64,000 nucleotides of DNA from an uncultured Solirubrobacteraceae bacterium (GTDB taxonomy: Bacteria; Actinomycetota; Thermoleophilia; Solirubrobacterales; Solirubrobacteraceae), in assembly GCA_963734755.1 (NCBI GenBank), contig CAVTIF010000001.1, positions 244,885 to 308,884 of the forward strand, in the 5' to 3' direction. The notes beneath the pieces were generated by a model. It was given only the letters and a program-made list of their open reading frames with translations, had not been told where the DNA came from and ran no database searches. The position numbers were made by a program, and so were the translations under genes. This document shows, in pieces, positions 28,774 to 38,062 of the stretch. Each line of letters opens with the position of its first letter. The first letter of the stretch is position 1.

Positions 28774-30122
28774 TCAGCGAGTGATTCTGAAGCCTATGAC
28801 GGAAGGCGGAGCGCTTCCGCCAGCGTTAGCGGCGGTTAGGCGTGCCGTGTAGTTGCCTGGTCTGAGTGGTCGCCGGCCGATGCGGCCGGTGAACGAGATC
28901 CGATCTCCTCCGCCTGGCTCTGACCGTCGCTTTAGCGAGGCGAGGGCGACAGTGCGCCGGCATCTCTTGGCGCTTGCGCGCCGAAGCGCCCGGGTGGGCG
29001 GGAGGCAGAGATGACCGCGCTTGAAGCCTGTCGTGAGGTGGCTGAGCATGACCGTGACGTCTGCCGTGGTGCTGAGGTTGAACAGGAACGCTGATCCAGA
29101 CACGGTTTTCGCGTTGGTCGCTGTCGGTGCTCGAGCGACGCGAAAGCGCCTGTGGGTCATTCGCGCACGAGAGAGTACAGGTGCAGATACCGCTGATGGT
29201 GGGGCTGCGCGCACGTGTCGGATTGCGGCACTCCGGGTGTGCTGAGGCCTGCTTCATATCGGGAGGCGTAGATCCCAGGGGGAGGCGCTGGAGCGGTGAA
29301 CGGCCCGCCCTGTTCCCAGATCGCGACCGCTCTGCCGTCCGGCCCGATGGCGACCTCCGGGGCGCCGCCTTCGGGGCCGGAGATTTCAACGCCGGGCTGC
29401 CATCCTCCGCCAGCCGTCGGGCGGATCGCGCCTCGCACGGTCGTCGGGTAATGGCGAAACACGGAGCACTCCCAAACCGCCGCAGCCGTGCCCGCCGCGT
29501 TCTCCGCTAGTCGGACGGTTTGGGCGCTTCGATCGGACCCGGAGATCACTGATGGCGCTTGCCAGGAGCCGTCGGCGCCGCGTACCGCCGTCTCGACGAC
29601 ACCACCGTCCGAGATTTCTCCAGTCGCAGCCTGGGAGCGGTGAACCCAGGCGGCTGTGGCGTCCCCCTGCGCGTCTACGGCGAGTTGGAGACTGGAGTCG
29701 AGCTCGTTCGCCACATACCGGACCCTGGTGAGGCTGATCGTCACCGGGGTCAGCCAACCGCTGCCGGCGGTCCGCAGCGAGCTTTCGATCATACGATTTT
29801 CGCCGTTGCTCGCCATCCATAGAGCAGTGGCGTTGCCATCGGCGTCGAGGGCAACGCCAGGTTCACCGACGCTTGCAGCGCTCGTGAGCGTGACCGGTGC
29901 TTGCCAGCTGGCTCCGGCAAGTCGGGATGCAGCTTTGATGCTCTCCTGGTCTTTGACGATCAGGGCGCATGGGACGCTTGAAGGTGGCCGCGGGCACGGG
30001 ACGGTTTCTGGTTCATACACGCCCCACACCGCCGCGACTTCACCCCCTGCACGCATGGCAATGCGCGGCTCGCTGTGGCAGGCCATCGCCGACTTTCGCG
30101 ATCTGGACTCCGAACTTCTCAT
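28774..30122 (-). pseudogene. Fragment of a repeat-rich secreted/surface protein, 5'-truncated and frameshifted near 29200
   Basis: Repeated WQAPV...VALDADGNATALW units; C-terminal Ig-like tail ...RPGNYTARLTAANA. Confidence 0.55.
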
Positions 30123-30161
30123 GGCGCGCGAAATCGCTAGCCTCGGCTCGGTCGTAGGCGA

Positions 30162-30599
30162 TCACGGCCGGCACGTCGGGATGTTCGAGCGTGTATTGCA
30201 GGGCGACCGCAGCCTCCACTCGCTGCATGATTGCCTGAGGACAAATTCGAAACGACCCCCTCTCTCGAACCGCGCGCGGAGTCGCGGTCGCAGCAGGAAC
30301 CCGAGATAGTCGGCCAGGATGGAGGTCGCGCCCTCATCTGCACCTGACCCGCCGTAGCCCCACCCCGCTTCCGGCGCGGCGAGGCCAAAGACCGGGGCTG
30401 GCCGGTGGCCACCTTCCAAGGCAAGCTCGACTCGCGTCGAGCGGTCGGTGCTGACCCCAACATAAGCGCCGTCGGTGGAGCGTCGCCGAGGTACGAATCG
30501 CACTCGCCATTCGCGCGCGCCGGTTTGGCTCTTCCTCACAACTCGGGTCGAACCCGCAGTATTCCCCATACGGAGAAGGTCCGTGGGTAGGGCATGCAA
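30162..30599 (-). pseudogene. Possible DUF6166-like remnant
   Basis: GWGYGGSG...SILADYLG resembles the family motif as remembered. Confidence 0.35.
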
Positions 30600-30727
30600 G
30601 CCCTGTCTCGATCAGTAGTTCGAGCAAGCGAGGTTACTTGGTGAGTCCGACGGCTCCAAGATAAGGTCGTGGTCGGGCAGGTCCGAGTCGCTCCTGACAT
30701 ATCTGCGCTCCGCAGAGTCCACAAACA

Positions 30728-31090
30728 TCACCGCGACCTCGAGACGAAAACCAGGCGGTTAGGCCAAGCTTGCGGGTCGGGCCGTGTCTCGAACGTGCCA
30801 TCCAGCGCGCGCACGATTGCGCCAAACTCGTGGTGGCGGATGCCCACCACCACCACGCAGCCGTGGTGAGATTTCCCAGCCTCCAACCACTCGTGACAGA
30901 TGCGCGGGAAATCCGCGACGTCAAACGTCACCATGATGCGCCGTTGGACGTTGGCGAGTTCCATCAGCTCCTCGTCCGGACAGCCGTCGAGGTCGCGCTC
31001 CTCGGCAACCGCAAGCACGTCGTGCTCACGTGCTCTCAGAGCTGCACCGATCCGACGGCCCGACACGTGTGCATCAAGTAGCAGACGCAA
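30728..31090 (-). CDS. DUF5615 PIN-like toxin
   Basis: MRLLLDAHVS...HDV...DEELM...MVTFDVADF. Confidence 0.82.
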   Translation of the reverse strand: MRLLLDAHVSGRRIGAALRAREHDVLAVAEERDLDGCPDEELMELANVQRRIMVTFDVADFPRICHEWLEAGKSHHGCVVVVGIRHHEFGAIVRALDGTFETRPDPQAWPNRLVFVSRSR

Positions 31091-31099
31091 ACTTGTCGT

Positions 31100-31525
31100 T
31101 TAGTCGAGTTGGATCGGGATGATGTCAGCGTCCGGGTACTCCACGCGGAGCTCCGTCAGCGGTCGCCGGTTCAGCGCGATGAAGTCGTCGATCTCCTGCG
31201 GAAAGCGCCCGTAGTAGCTGAGCGCGGTCCGCAGCTCGCGTTCGCCGAGGTCGGTCTCCGCGATTACCCGATCGAGACTCTCGCTGAAGTCCTTGTACGC
31301 CTCAATCACCTGCCACACGTCTAGGCTCGTGCCAATCAACCAGGCGCGACGATTGTAGTCATCACCGCGAAACGCAATCCCGGGAACCGTCCGAGCCTTC
31401 AGTGCCTCCTCTGCCAGCGCCTCCACTACGCTGCCCTTGCTGCGCTTCGTGCGCTTGGCCTCTGCTGTGACGAGACGATCGGTCTCGTCCGAGAGACGCA
31501 GGCTGAATGGTGCTGACTTGGCCAT
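31100..31525 (-). CDS. RHH + DUF433 antitoxin
   Basis: N-terminal SLRL RHH strand; PGIAFR...RRAWLIGTSLDVWQVI...ALSYYGRFPQEID. Confidence 0.8.
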   Translation of the reverse strand: MAKSAPFSLRLSDETDRLVTAEAKRTKRSKGSVVEALAEEALKARTVPGIAFRGDDYNRRAWLIGTSLDVWQVIEAYKDFSESLDRVIAETDLGERELRTALSYYGRFPQEIDDFIALNRRPLTELRVEYPDADIIPIQLD

Positions 31526-31776
31526 GGCTACGATTGTAGTCGATGTATTACGCGGTACTGCATGGTGCTTCCGGCCCACGGTCTGCGCGAGCATCTCAGA
31601 GTCGCCCGACCCCCGTCGGCCGCGCGCTTTCGTAGCCTCCTCGGCCGGGTACAACCGTGCTCACACTCCTTCGTCATAAGGCAGCAGAAACCAAGTCGTA
31701 GGCGATCCAGGCCCCCGGCTTAATTCGTCGTGGTGATCGCAAGATGATCATCGGCTGATATGCGATACTTAAGTGG

Positions 31777-32232
31777 ATGCTTCAGTATCCACTTGCCCGG
31801 CTGACGCCCCCGGAGCCGCCGATCGATGTGGTCTTCCACGCGCTCTCGGATGCAAATCGGCGTGCGATGATCGACCTCCTGATCGACGGGCCCGCATCGG
31901 TGAGCGAGCTCGCACGGCCGCTCGCCATCTCGCTACCGGCGGTCGTCCAGCACCTGCGCGTGCTCGAGGCGAGCGGTCTGGTGCGCTCGCACAAGACGGG
32001 GCGCGTGCGCACGTGCGAGATCGAGCCGATCGCGCTGAGCACGGTCGAGCGCTGGATCAGCGAGCGGCGCGCGACATGGGAGGCCAGGCTCGACCGGCTC
32101 GGTGCTTTTCTGGCCGAGGAGACCGATGAGGCGGAGCCCTCCACACAGTCCAAGAAGACAAGACCGAAAGGAGATCGAAATGAGCGACAGGTCAGCGACA
32201 CATTCGACGTTTGTGATCGAGCGCGACTATGA
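31777..32232 (+). CDS. ArsR family regulator
   Basis: FHALSDANRR, SLPAVVQHLRVLEASGLV, KTGRVRTC. Confidence 0.9.
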   Translation: MLQYPLARLTPPEPPIDVVFHALSDANRRAMIDLLIDGPASVSELARPLAISLPAVVQHLRVLEASGLVRSHKTGRVRTCEIEPIALSTVERWISERRATWEARLDRLGAFLAEETDEAEPSTQSKKTRPKGDRNERQVSDTFDVCDRARL

Positions 32233-32641
32233 CGCATCACCCGCACGCGTGTTCGCGGCGTGGGCGGACGTGAATGCGAAGGGCCAGTGGTTCGGGCCGG
32301 GCGGGGACCAGGGGCACGCCCTCGACTTCCGCGAGGGTGGCCGAGAGCATTTCGAGGCGGCGGTTGCGGGCGCCGTCTACTCCTACGACGCGATCTACGA
32401 AGACATCGTCCCCGACGAGCGGATCGTTTACACCTACAACATGCGTCGAGACGGCATGCGGATGTCTGTATCGGTGACAACCGTCGAGTTGCTCGTCGAT
32501 GGCGGCCAAACACACATGCGCTACACCGAGCAGGGCGTGTTCCTCGATGGCGAGGACACGCCCGAGCTGCGCGAGCACGGGACGGGGGAGATGCTCGACA
32601 AGCTCGGCGAGACGCTCACACAGGGGGCTGCGACGGTATGA
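32180..32641 (+). CDS. SRPBCC family protein
   Basis: HSTFVIERDYDASPARVFAAW, DFREGG, IVYTY. Confidence 0.9.
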   Translation: MSDRSATHSTFVIERDYDASPARVFAAWADVNAKGQWFGPGGDQGHALDFREGGREHFEAAVAGAVYSYDAIYEDIVPDERIVYTYNMRRDGMRMSVSVTTVELLVDGGQTHMRYTEQGVFLDGEDTPELREHGTGEMLDKLGETLTQGAATV

Positions 32642-34230
32642 GTGCGGACGCGAGCGCAACCGGTGCGGCGGCCAGGCTGTCGCGCCCGATCGAGCGCAGC
32701 GGCGCCGAGGGCGGGAGCGATCGCTCGCGCTGGCTCGCGCTCTACGTGCTGTGCATGGGGATGTTGATGATCGTGCTCGACGTGACGATCGTGAACGTCG
32801 CGCTGCCGTCGATCCAGGAAGACCTGCATTTCTCGACGTCGAGCCTCGCGTGGGTCGTCAACGCGTACCTGATCGCGTTCGGAGGGCTGCTGCTGCTCGC
32901 CGGACGCCTGGGTGACCTGGTGGGCCGCCGGCGCATCTTCCTTGCGGGCATCGTGCTGTTCACGAGCGCCTCGCTTCTGTGCGGCGCCGCTCAGGCCGCA
33001 TGGTGGCTCGTGGCCGCGCGGTTCGTCCAGGGCGTCGGCGGCGCGATGACCTCGGCGGTGATCCTCGGGATGATCGTGACGATGTTCCACGACGCGCGCG
33101 AGCAGGCTAAGGCGATCGGCGTGTTCGCGTTCGTCGCCTCGGCGGGCGGCTCCGTGGGCCTGATCGCGGGCGGCATCCTCACGCAGTCGCTTGACTGGCA
33201 CTGGATCTTCTTCGTGAACCTGCCGATCGGCATCGCGACGGTGCTCGCGGCGCGGCGGCTGGTCCCCGACGAGCCGGGCATGGGCCTGCGCGAGGGCGCG
33301 GACGTCCCGGGCGCTGTGCTGATCACGAGCGCGCTGATGCTCGGCGTCTACACGATCGTAGGCCCGGCGGCGAAACACGGCTGGGGCTCGCGGGAAGCGC
33401 TGCTGCTCGGCGCTGGCTCGATCGCGCTGCTCGCCGGGTTCCTGTGGCGCGAGACGCGGGCCGCGAGTCCGCTGATGCCGCTTCGGATCTTCCGCTCGCG
33501 GCCGGTTGCAGCTGCGAACGGGATCCAGATCCTGTCGGTCGCCGGGATGTTCGGGATGTTCTTCCTCGGCGCGTTGTACCTGCGGCGTGTGCTTGGCTAC
33601 GACGCGCTCGAAATCGGTCTCGCGTTCCTCCCCGTGACGATCGCCATGGGGACGCTTTCAATCCGCTATTCAGAGCGCATCCTGATGGCGCTGGGCGCGC
33701 GGCGTGCGCTGCTTTTCGGGCTCACGCTCGTGCTCGCCGGCCTCGTCGTGTTCGCGCTTACGCCTGTGCACGCGAATTACGTGAGGCAGGTCGCACCGTC
33801 AATGCTGCTGCTCGGTCTTGGTGCTGGTATCGCGTTCCCCACCCTGATGAACCTCGCGATGTCGGGCGCGACGCCGCAGGACGCAGGTCTCGCCTCGGGC
33901 CTCGTCAACACCACCGCACAGGTCGGCGGCGCACTCGGCCTGGCGGTGCTCGCGACGCTCTCGACCTCGCGCAGCAGCACGCTGATCGCGGCCGGGCATC
34001 CGCTCGCGTTGGCGCTGACCGCCGGCTACCACCTCGCGTTCTGGGTAGCCGCCGCGCTCGTCGGCTGCGCGCTAGTCGTCGTGCTCGTGGCGGTCGAGCC
34101 CGGCCGTGCGCCCGCGGCAGCGCACGACCCGGCGCATGCGCACGGCGAGAAAGACGCGCACGCCCAGGGGCCCGCGCAGCACGAGGCGAATGCGCATGGC
34201 AGCTCGTCTGTGGAAGGCGCGAACGCGTGA
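32638..34230 (+). CDS. MFS DHA2 (EmrB/QacA-like) efflux transporter
   Basis: LDVTIVNVALPSI, GRLGDLVGRRR, WHWIFFVNLPIG; about 14 TM helices. Confidence 0.93.
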   Translation: MSADASATGAAARLSRPIERSGAEGGSDRSRWLALYVLCMGMLMIVLDVTIVNVALPSIQEDLHFSTSSLAWVVNAYLIAFGGLLLLAGRLGDLVGRRRIFLAGIVLFTSASLLCGAAQAAWWLVAARFVQGVGGAMTSAVILGMIVTMFHDAREQAKAIGVFAFVASAGGSVGLIAGGILTQSLDWHWIFFVNLPIGIATVLAARRLVPDEPGMGLREGADVPGAVLITSALMLGVYTIVGPAAKHGWGSREALLLGAGSIALLAGFLWRETRAASPLMPLRIFRSRPVAAANGIQILSVAGMFGMFFLGALYLRRVLGYDALEIGLAFLPVTIAMGTLSIRYSERILMALGARRALLFGLTLVLAGLVVFALTPVHANYVRQVAPSMLLLGLGAGIAFPTLMNLAMSGATPQDAGLASGLVNTTAQVGGALGLAVLATLSTSRSSTLIAAGHPLALALTAGYHLAFWVAAALVGCALVVVLVAVEPGRAPAAAHDPAHAHGEKDAHAQGPAQHEANAHGSSSVEGANA

Positions 34231-34307
34231 GCCAACCCCGACGCGTCCAGAAGCGGAGCTCTCGATCGTCCGCTCCGAGGTCAAGCAGCGCTTCGACCAG
34301 CCGTTGG

Positions 34308-34336
34308 ATCGCACCGGCTCGTCCCAGGAACGCCGT
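34308..34336 (+). repeat. att-like copy H (degenerate)
   Basis: TCG-TCCC-N7-CCGT with the 5' part displaced by 3 nt; 142 bp before copy E. Confidence 0.5.
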
Positions 34337-34452
34337 GCGAGGGTTGAACCGCCTAAGCCGCGTTGCGGATCGCTGTGGCCGCCCGTCGTCGCGCCTCTCC
34401 TCCCACGGGCTCCAACAGCGCCTCAAGCAGCCGGTCCAGGTTCGCGGCGGGG

Positions 34453-34478
34453 CTCGCAGGTCGTCCCGATCTCTCCGT
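34453..34478 (+). repeat. att-like copy E
   Basis: CTCGC-AGGTC-G-TCCC-GATCTCT-CCGT; ends in CTCTCCGT, identical to the tRNA end. Confidence 0.75.
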
Positions 34479-34572
34479 TGAGGCTTTTCTTGCTGGGGCT
34501 TTCGGGGCTGTGCGAGGGAACGATTGCTAGTCGCTGTCATCAGCAAGGACGCGCCCGAGCGATGATGCCTGC

Positions 34573-34842
34573 TCAGTCGCGGTAGGCGCGACCGCGCGGG
34601 AGCACGCGAGTCACAGTGACGACACGGGCCTGGGTATCAAGGAGAACGAGCGCCCGCCAGTCGCCTATCCGCAGTCGCCACTCTGGCGCGCCCGTGAGCT
34701 TGCGCAGCGGTCCAGCCATGTGCGGGTCTTCGGCGAGCGCGCCTAGCGCACTCTCGACACGTTTACGGACTTGCGGGTCCAGCCGGCGCAGATCGCGCTG
34801 TGCTGTGCGGGTGAGCTGGACGCGCCACGGTGCGTCACTCAC
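34573..34842 (-). CDS. relE: RelE/ParE-family toxin
   Basis: AQRDLRRLD...KLTG...WRLRIGDWR...VLPRGRAY. Confidence 0.9.
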   Translation of the reverse strand: MSDAPWRVQLTRTAQRDLRRLDPQVRKRVESALGALAEDPHMAGPLRKLTGAPEWRLRIGDWRALVLLDTQARVVTVTRVLPRGRAYRD

Positions 34843-35075
34843 TCTGAGTCTCGCAGCGCCTCACCCAGCGACGCGGTGCGACCGGCTGCTAGGTCGGCCC
34901 TGCCCTCGGCGGCTGCCGCCTCGTCCTCGTCAGCCCACGACTCATCGTCGGCAGGGGCGTCGCGGAAGGCTGCGATTACGGGGTCCGTGCGCATATCGAG
35001 CAGGCGAAGGGCCTCGCCGGCCTCTTTCTCGGAAAGCGTCTCGATCCGCTCGCGTAGCTTCTCCTTCGCCGTCAT
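34839..35075 (-). CDS. Antitoxin partner of RelE
   Basis: Acidic 78-aa ORF coupled to relE; ...EGRADLAAGRT. Confidence 0.7.
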   Translation of the reverse strand: MTAKEKLRERIETLSEKEAGEALRLLDMRTDPVIAAFRDAPADDESWADEDEAAAAEGRADLAAGRTASLGEALRDSE

Positions 35076-35193
35076 ACCCATCCGAACAGTAGCGCGCGTC
35101 GAGCGTGGCGCGCGAGCGAGCGATGGAGTGCACGACCCAGCAGAAGCAGCGCTTCGCGCGATACCCAGCCAAGCCGACCAGAGCAAAATCACG

Positions 35194-35689
35194 GTGGTCA
35201 CTGAGCTGTAGTCCGTGAGCGCGTGGCGTGCAACTCGCGAATACGCTTCCACACAAGGTACGTGTTCGAGCTTCGGAATCGGCGCGGTAGCCAGGAGCGG
35301 CGTCAGCCCGAAACGCGCAGGCTCGTGATCGGGCGGAGTGATGCCAATCGAGTCCTGACGCCCTCGTGATCGATGAGCCGGTGGAGCCGACTACGTGGCT
35401 CCTCGTTACGGGGTGGGATTCCATGGCTGCCGAGCGTAAGATGTTGGAGAGATCATGATGCCGTCCCATCTAGATCCGTTGCCCGGCGATTTCGATGAGG
35501 AGCTCGACAGCCCGGACCCCGCTGACGTGCAGGTGGTGCAGCCGTCTCGTGAGCACCATCTGATCGTGGCAGTTCACGCTCGAGGGCGAGGATGCGGTGG
35601 CATTGCAACGGATCGCTGAGGACCAAGGCGAGGGGCCGGGCGAGGTGGTCGGGTCACTGATCCGAGCAGCTTCCGTCAAAGCCGCCTGA
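35194..35689 (+). pseudogene. Decayed BrnT-like toxin plus coupled small antitoxin-like gene
   Basis: Reframed RRLVIGRSDANRVLTLVI...WLLVTGWDS; ATGA overlap at 35455; indels in both genes. Confidence 0.5.
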
Positions 35690-35762
35690 TCGCAGGGTCC
35701 AGCGCCGAGCTGTCTTGCCGTATGCCTAAACCGTAAGGATCGTGAAGCTGGCCCGAGCAGCT

Positions 35763-35781
35763 TTCGCAGGTTATCCGGATC
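35763..35781 (+). repeat. Partial att-like copy I
   Basis: TTCGCAGGTTATCCGGATC matches copy C 16/19; lacks the CCGT end. Confidence 0.45.
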
Positions 35782-36082
35782 GGAGGTCGCGATGGCGTCG
35801 ACCAGCCGGCTCACGCCGACAGCGATGCACGCATCGATTGTGCGGGCCCCAGAGGTTGCTCTGCGTAAGCGACCCGCGGCCCGCGCCGATCGTGCCACTC
35901 GGCCGGACCTGGGCTCGCACGTCGGCCGGCACCTCGCCAAAATCGGCGTTGTCCTCGGCCAGCAACTCCAAGCCGCGAGCGATTCTCAGCTCACGTAGGA
36001 CTGCGGCGTTGACGAATGCGACTGGCTTCCACCGGACCCGGCGAGGCGTTGCTCGGTCTCATTCAGCACGGACTCGTCAAAG

Positions 36083-36107
36083 CGGCGGTCCCTTACTGCG
36101 ACCGCCG
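36083..36107 (-). terminator. Hairpin at the methyltransferase stop
   Basis: CGGCGGTC-N9-GACCGCCG. Confidence 0.4.
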
Positions 36108-36108
36108 T

Positions 36109-36990
36109 CTATTCGTTGTCTGGCCGTTCCGTCTGTTGGCGTCTCTCAAATACGGCGAAGGTGATGTCAACGCCGGGGTGAACGTGGTCGCGAGAGCGCA
36201 AAGATGCGCGATGATAGATCCCATCGTGCTCTGTGCAGATGGTCCCGAGCGTTGACGCTGTCCCGCCGCTCCCATCGAGCAGGAGTAGGCGGGGAGCGGC
36301 GTGCGCGAGTGCCGCCTCGAACTCGAAGCGCTGGTTCTCCTCGGTGTGCGGTGTGTCCTGGAAAAGCATGTCCACGCGGCGGTTCTCGAGCGCCGGCAGG
36401 AGTAGCTCCGTTGTCGAGCCGACGAACCGATGCCAGGGGTGCCGCAATTGCTGGCGGACTATGCTGCCGGCGCTGGCGAGAGTATCGAAGGACATCAGCT
36501 CCCCGGGATGGCCTTCTTGGCAGTTGCGCTCGAGTGCTCGCAGTAGTACGAGCGACCCCAGGCCAAGGTAGATCCCGGTCTCTACAACCATCTGGGGCTT
36601 GCATGCGCGCGCAATCACGTACCAGGCGAGCCGGTTACCGAGGGGCAGTCGGCGCTTGACGTCGAACCGCCCGCGCAGGTGGCGACTGAGGAGCTCATTG
36701 AGCTCGGGATCTTGGTGAGTCTCGGCCGCATAGCCCTCCAGCTCTCTGACTGGGCGGTCGAGAGCAGCGGCAAGTCCGGCGACGACCTCCCGCTCATTAG
36801 CTAGTTCGAAGGAAAAGCTCTCGATCTCGGGATCGAAGAGTACGTAAGCAAGTTGGCGGCGCAGACTGACGTCTGCGTTGAAGCTGCGCATCAGCTGATA
36901 CTTGGTGCGCCAGCGAAAGCGGCCCAGGCGATGCGTCCGAAAACGCCACTCGGGGCCGATCAACCTCTTGATCGTCTCCTTGATATGCAA
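36109..36990 (-). CDS. Class I SAM methyltransferase (Methyltransf_24-like)
   Basis: VVETGIYLGLGS, MSFD, MLFQDTPHT. Confidence 0.78.
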   Translation of the reverse strand: MHIKETIKRLIGPEWRFRTHRLGRFRWRTKYQLMRSFNADVSLRRQLAYVLFDPEIESFSFELANEREVVAGLAAALDRPVRELEGYAAETHQDPELNELLSRHLRGRFDVKRRLPLGNRLAWYVIARACKPQMVVETGIYLGLGSLVLLRALERNCQEGHPGELMSFDTLASAGSIVRQQLRHPWHRFVGSTTELLLPALENRRVDMLFQDTPHTEENQRFEFEAALAHAAPRLLLLDGSGGTASTLGTICTEHDGIYHRASLRSRDHVHPGVDITFAVFERRQQTERPDNE

Positions 36991-37078
36991 TGGAACTCCT
37001 TCGACATGCGTTAGCGGCCCCTCGGAGAGGGGCTGTGGACATGGACTCTTCGCGGCGATTTAGCCGCGCCGGGTCAAC

Positions 37079-37426
37079 TCACAGTCGAAGGACAGCCGAT
37101 GCAACAGGGCCGGCGCGAGCCCTTGCTCCTGATGCGCCAGAGGCGGCAAAGCGGTCGCTCGCCGGGAAACGCGCGACAGTGCGTACGCGCCTTAGCACGC
37201 CCGGTGGCCGCATCTTGCACCAGCCGAGGGCCGCGAGGGTTGCTATCGCGTCGGCCGCGATGCATAGCGCGGCCTTCTCTTGTTCCTCGTGACAGCAGTC
37301 GCACATCGCGCCGTGGACATCCAGGGCCAATAGGCCAAGTACGAGGATCAATCCCACGAGTGCGACGAGGCGACGGCGCCCAGCCACCACGCTGTTGATG
37401 TCTGCCAGCCGCAGCACGGCCAGCAT
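37079..37426 (-). CDS. Small Cys/His-containing membrane protein (DUF2946-like?); start uncertain
   Basis: TM helix, HGAMCDCCHE...C, C-terminal RARAGP..AVLRL. Confidence 0.4.
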   Translation of the reverse strand: MLAVLRLADINSVVAGRRRLVALVGLILVLGLLALDVHGAMCDCCHEEQEKAALCIAADAIATLAALGWCKMRPPGVLRRVRTVARFPASDRFAASGASGARARAGPVASAVLRL

Positions 37427-37470
37427 TCTAACTGGCGGGCAGCCGCCGTCTCGGACGGTTCGGCAGCGGC

Positions 37471-37794
37471 CTAGCGATCGGGTAGGTCGAGTACCAACAG
37501 CAGAGCGTCGTCGATGGCCTGCAGTTCGTCACGTGTCAGGTGTCCACTTCGTTCACCGAGCGCCCGCGCGTCGACAGCTCCGACCATCTCGCACAGAACC
37601 TGCGTCGGCTGGTCTCCGATCGTGACTTCTGGATGAAAGCTGGCTGCGAACGCCGAGCGCGACGTCGGGCAGATCACGACGGTGGAGAGGGCGAGTAGAT
37701 CGTCAGCTTGGACGATCACCGCGTAACGTCGGCCCTCTTGAACGTGACCGCGCTTACCTGGGAGCTTGATCTGATGGATATCACCACGGACCAC
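37471..37794 (-). CDS. mazF: PemK/MazF-family toxin
   Basis: VRGDI...GHVQEGRRYAVIVQ...VICPTS. Confidence 0.88.
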   Translation of the reverse strand: MVRGDIHQIKLPGKRGHVQEGRRYAVIVQADDLLALSTVVICPTSRSAFAASFHPEVTIGDQPTQVLCEMVGAVDARALGERSGHLTRDELQAIDDALLLVLDLPDR

Positions 37795-38032
37795 GTAGTG
37801 TCTCCATGAGATCGGCGATCTCACGCGCTTCTTGCACGTAGTGCTCGTTCTGCATCAGGCTCCTCACCTCGGCTGCGAGTCCGCCCCGCCGACGCTCGCG
37901 CTCGGCTGTCTCGGTGATCGCCTGTCGCGCTGCCTCAGCGCGACTCAAACCTCGCCTCCGTGCAATCTCATCGAGCGCGCTCAGACCATCGCGACCGAGG
38001 CGCAAGGACAGCGGGTGGGGGGCGGACGCCAC
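37781..38032 (-). CDS. RHH/CopG-family antitoxin
   Basis: LSLRL...LDEIARRRGLSRAEAARQAI; overlaps the mazF start. Confidence 0.78.
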   Translation of the reverse strand: MASAPHPLSLRLGRDGLSALDEIARRRGLSRAEAARQAITETAERERRRGGLAAEVRSLMQNEHYVQEAREIADLMETLRGPW

Positions 38033-38039
38033 CCGCTGA

Positions 38040-38062
38040 GTGTAGCGCGAAACGCACTACAC
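38040..38062. promoter_or_regulatory. Inverted-repeat operator upstream of the RHH-MazF pair
   Basis: GTGTAG-N11-CTACAC, 8 nt before the start. Confidence 0.5.

Noticed and set aside
31594-31618. AGAGTCGCCCGACCCCCGT as another att-like copy
   Set aside because: It needs three gaps to fit and breaks the TCCC-N7-CCGT spacing; possible but not supportable.
35120-35230. Minus-strand DHRDFALVGLAGY as a tyrosine recombinase remnant for the array
   Set aside because: Too short, lacks the following R/SE residues, and overlaps a better-supported plus-strand toxin remnant.
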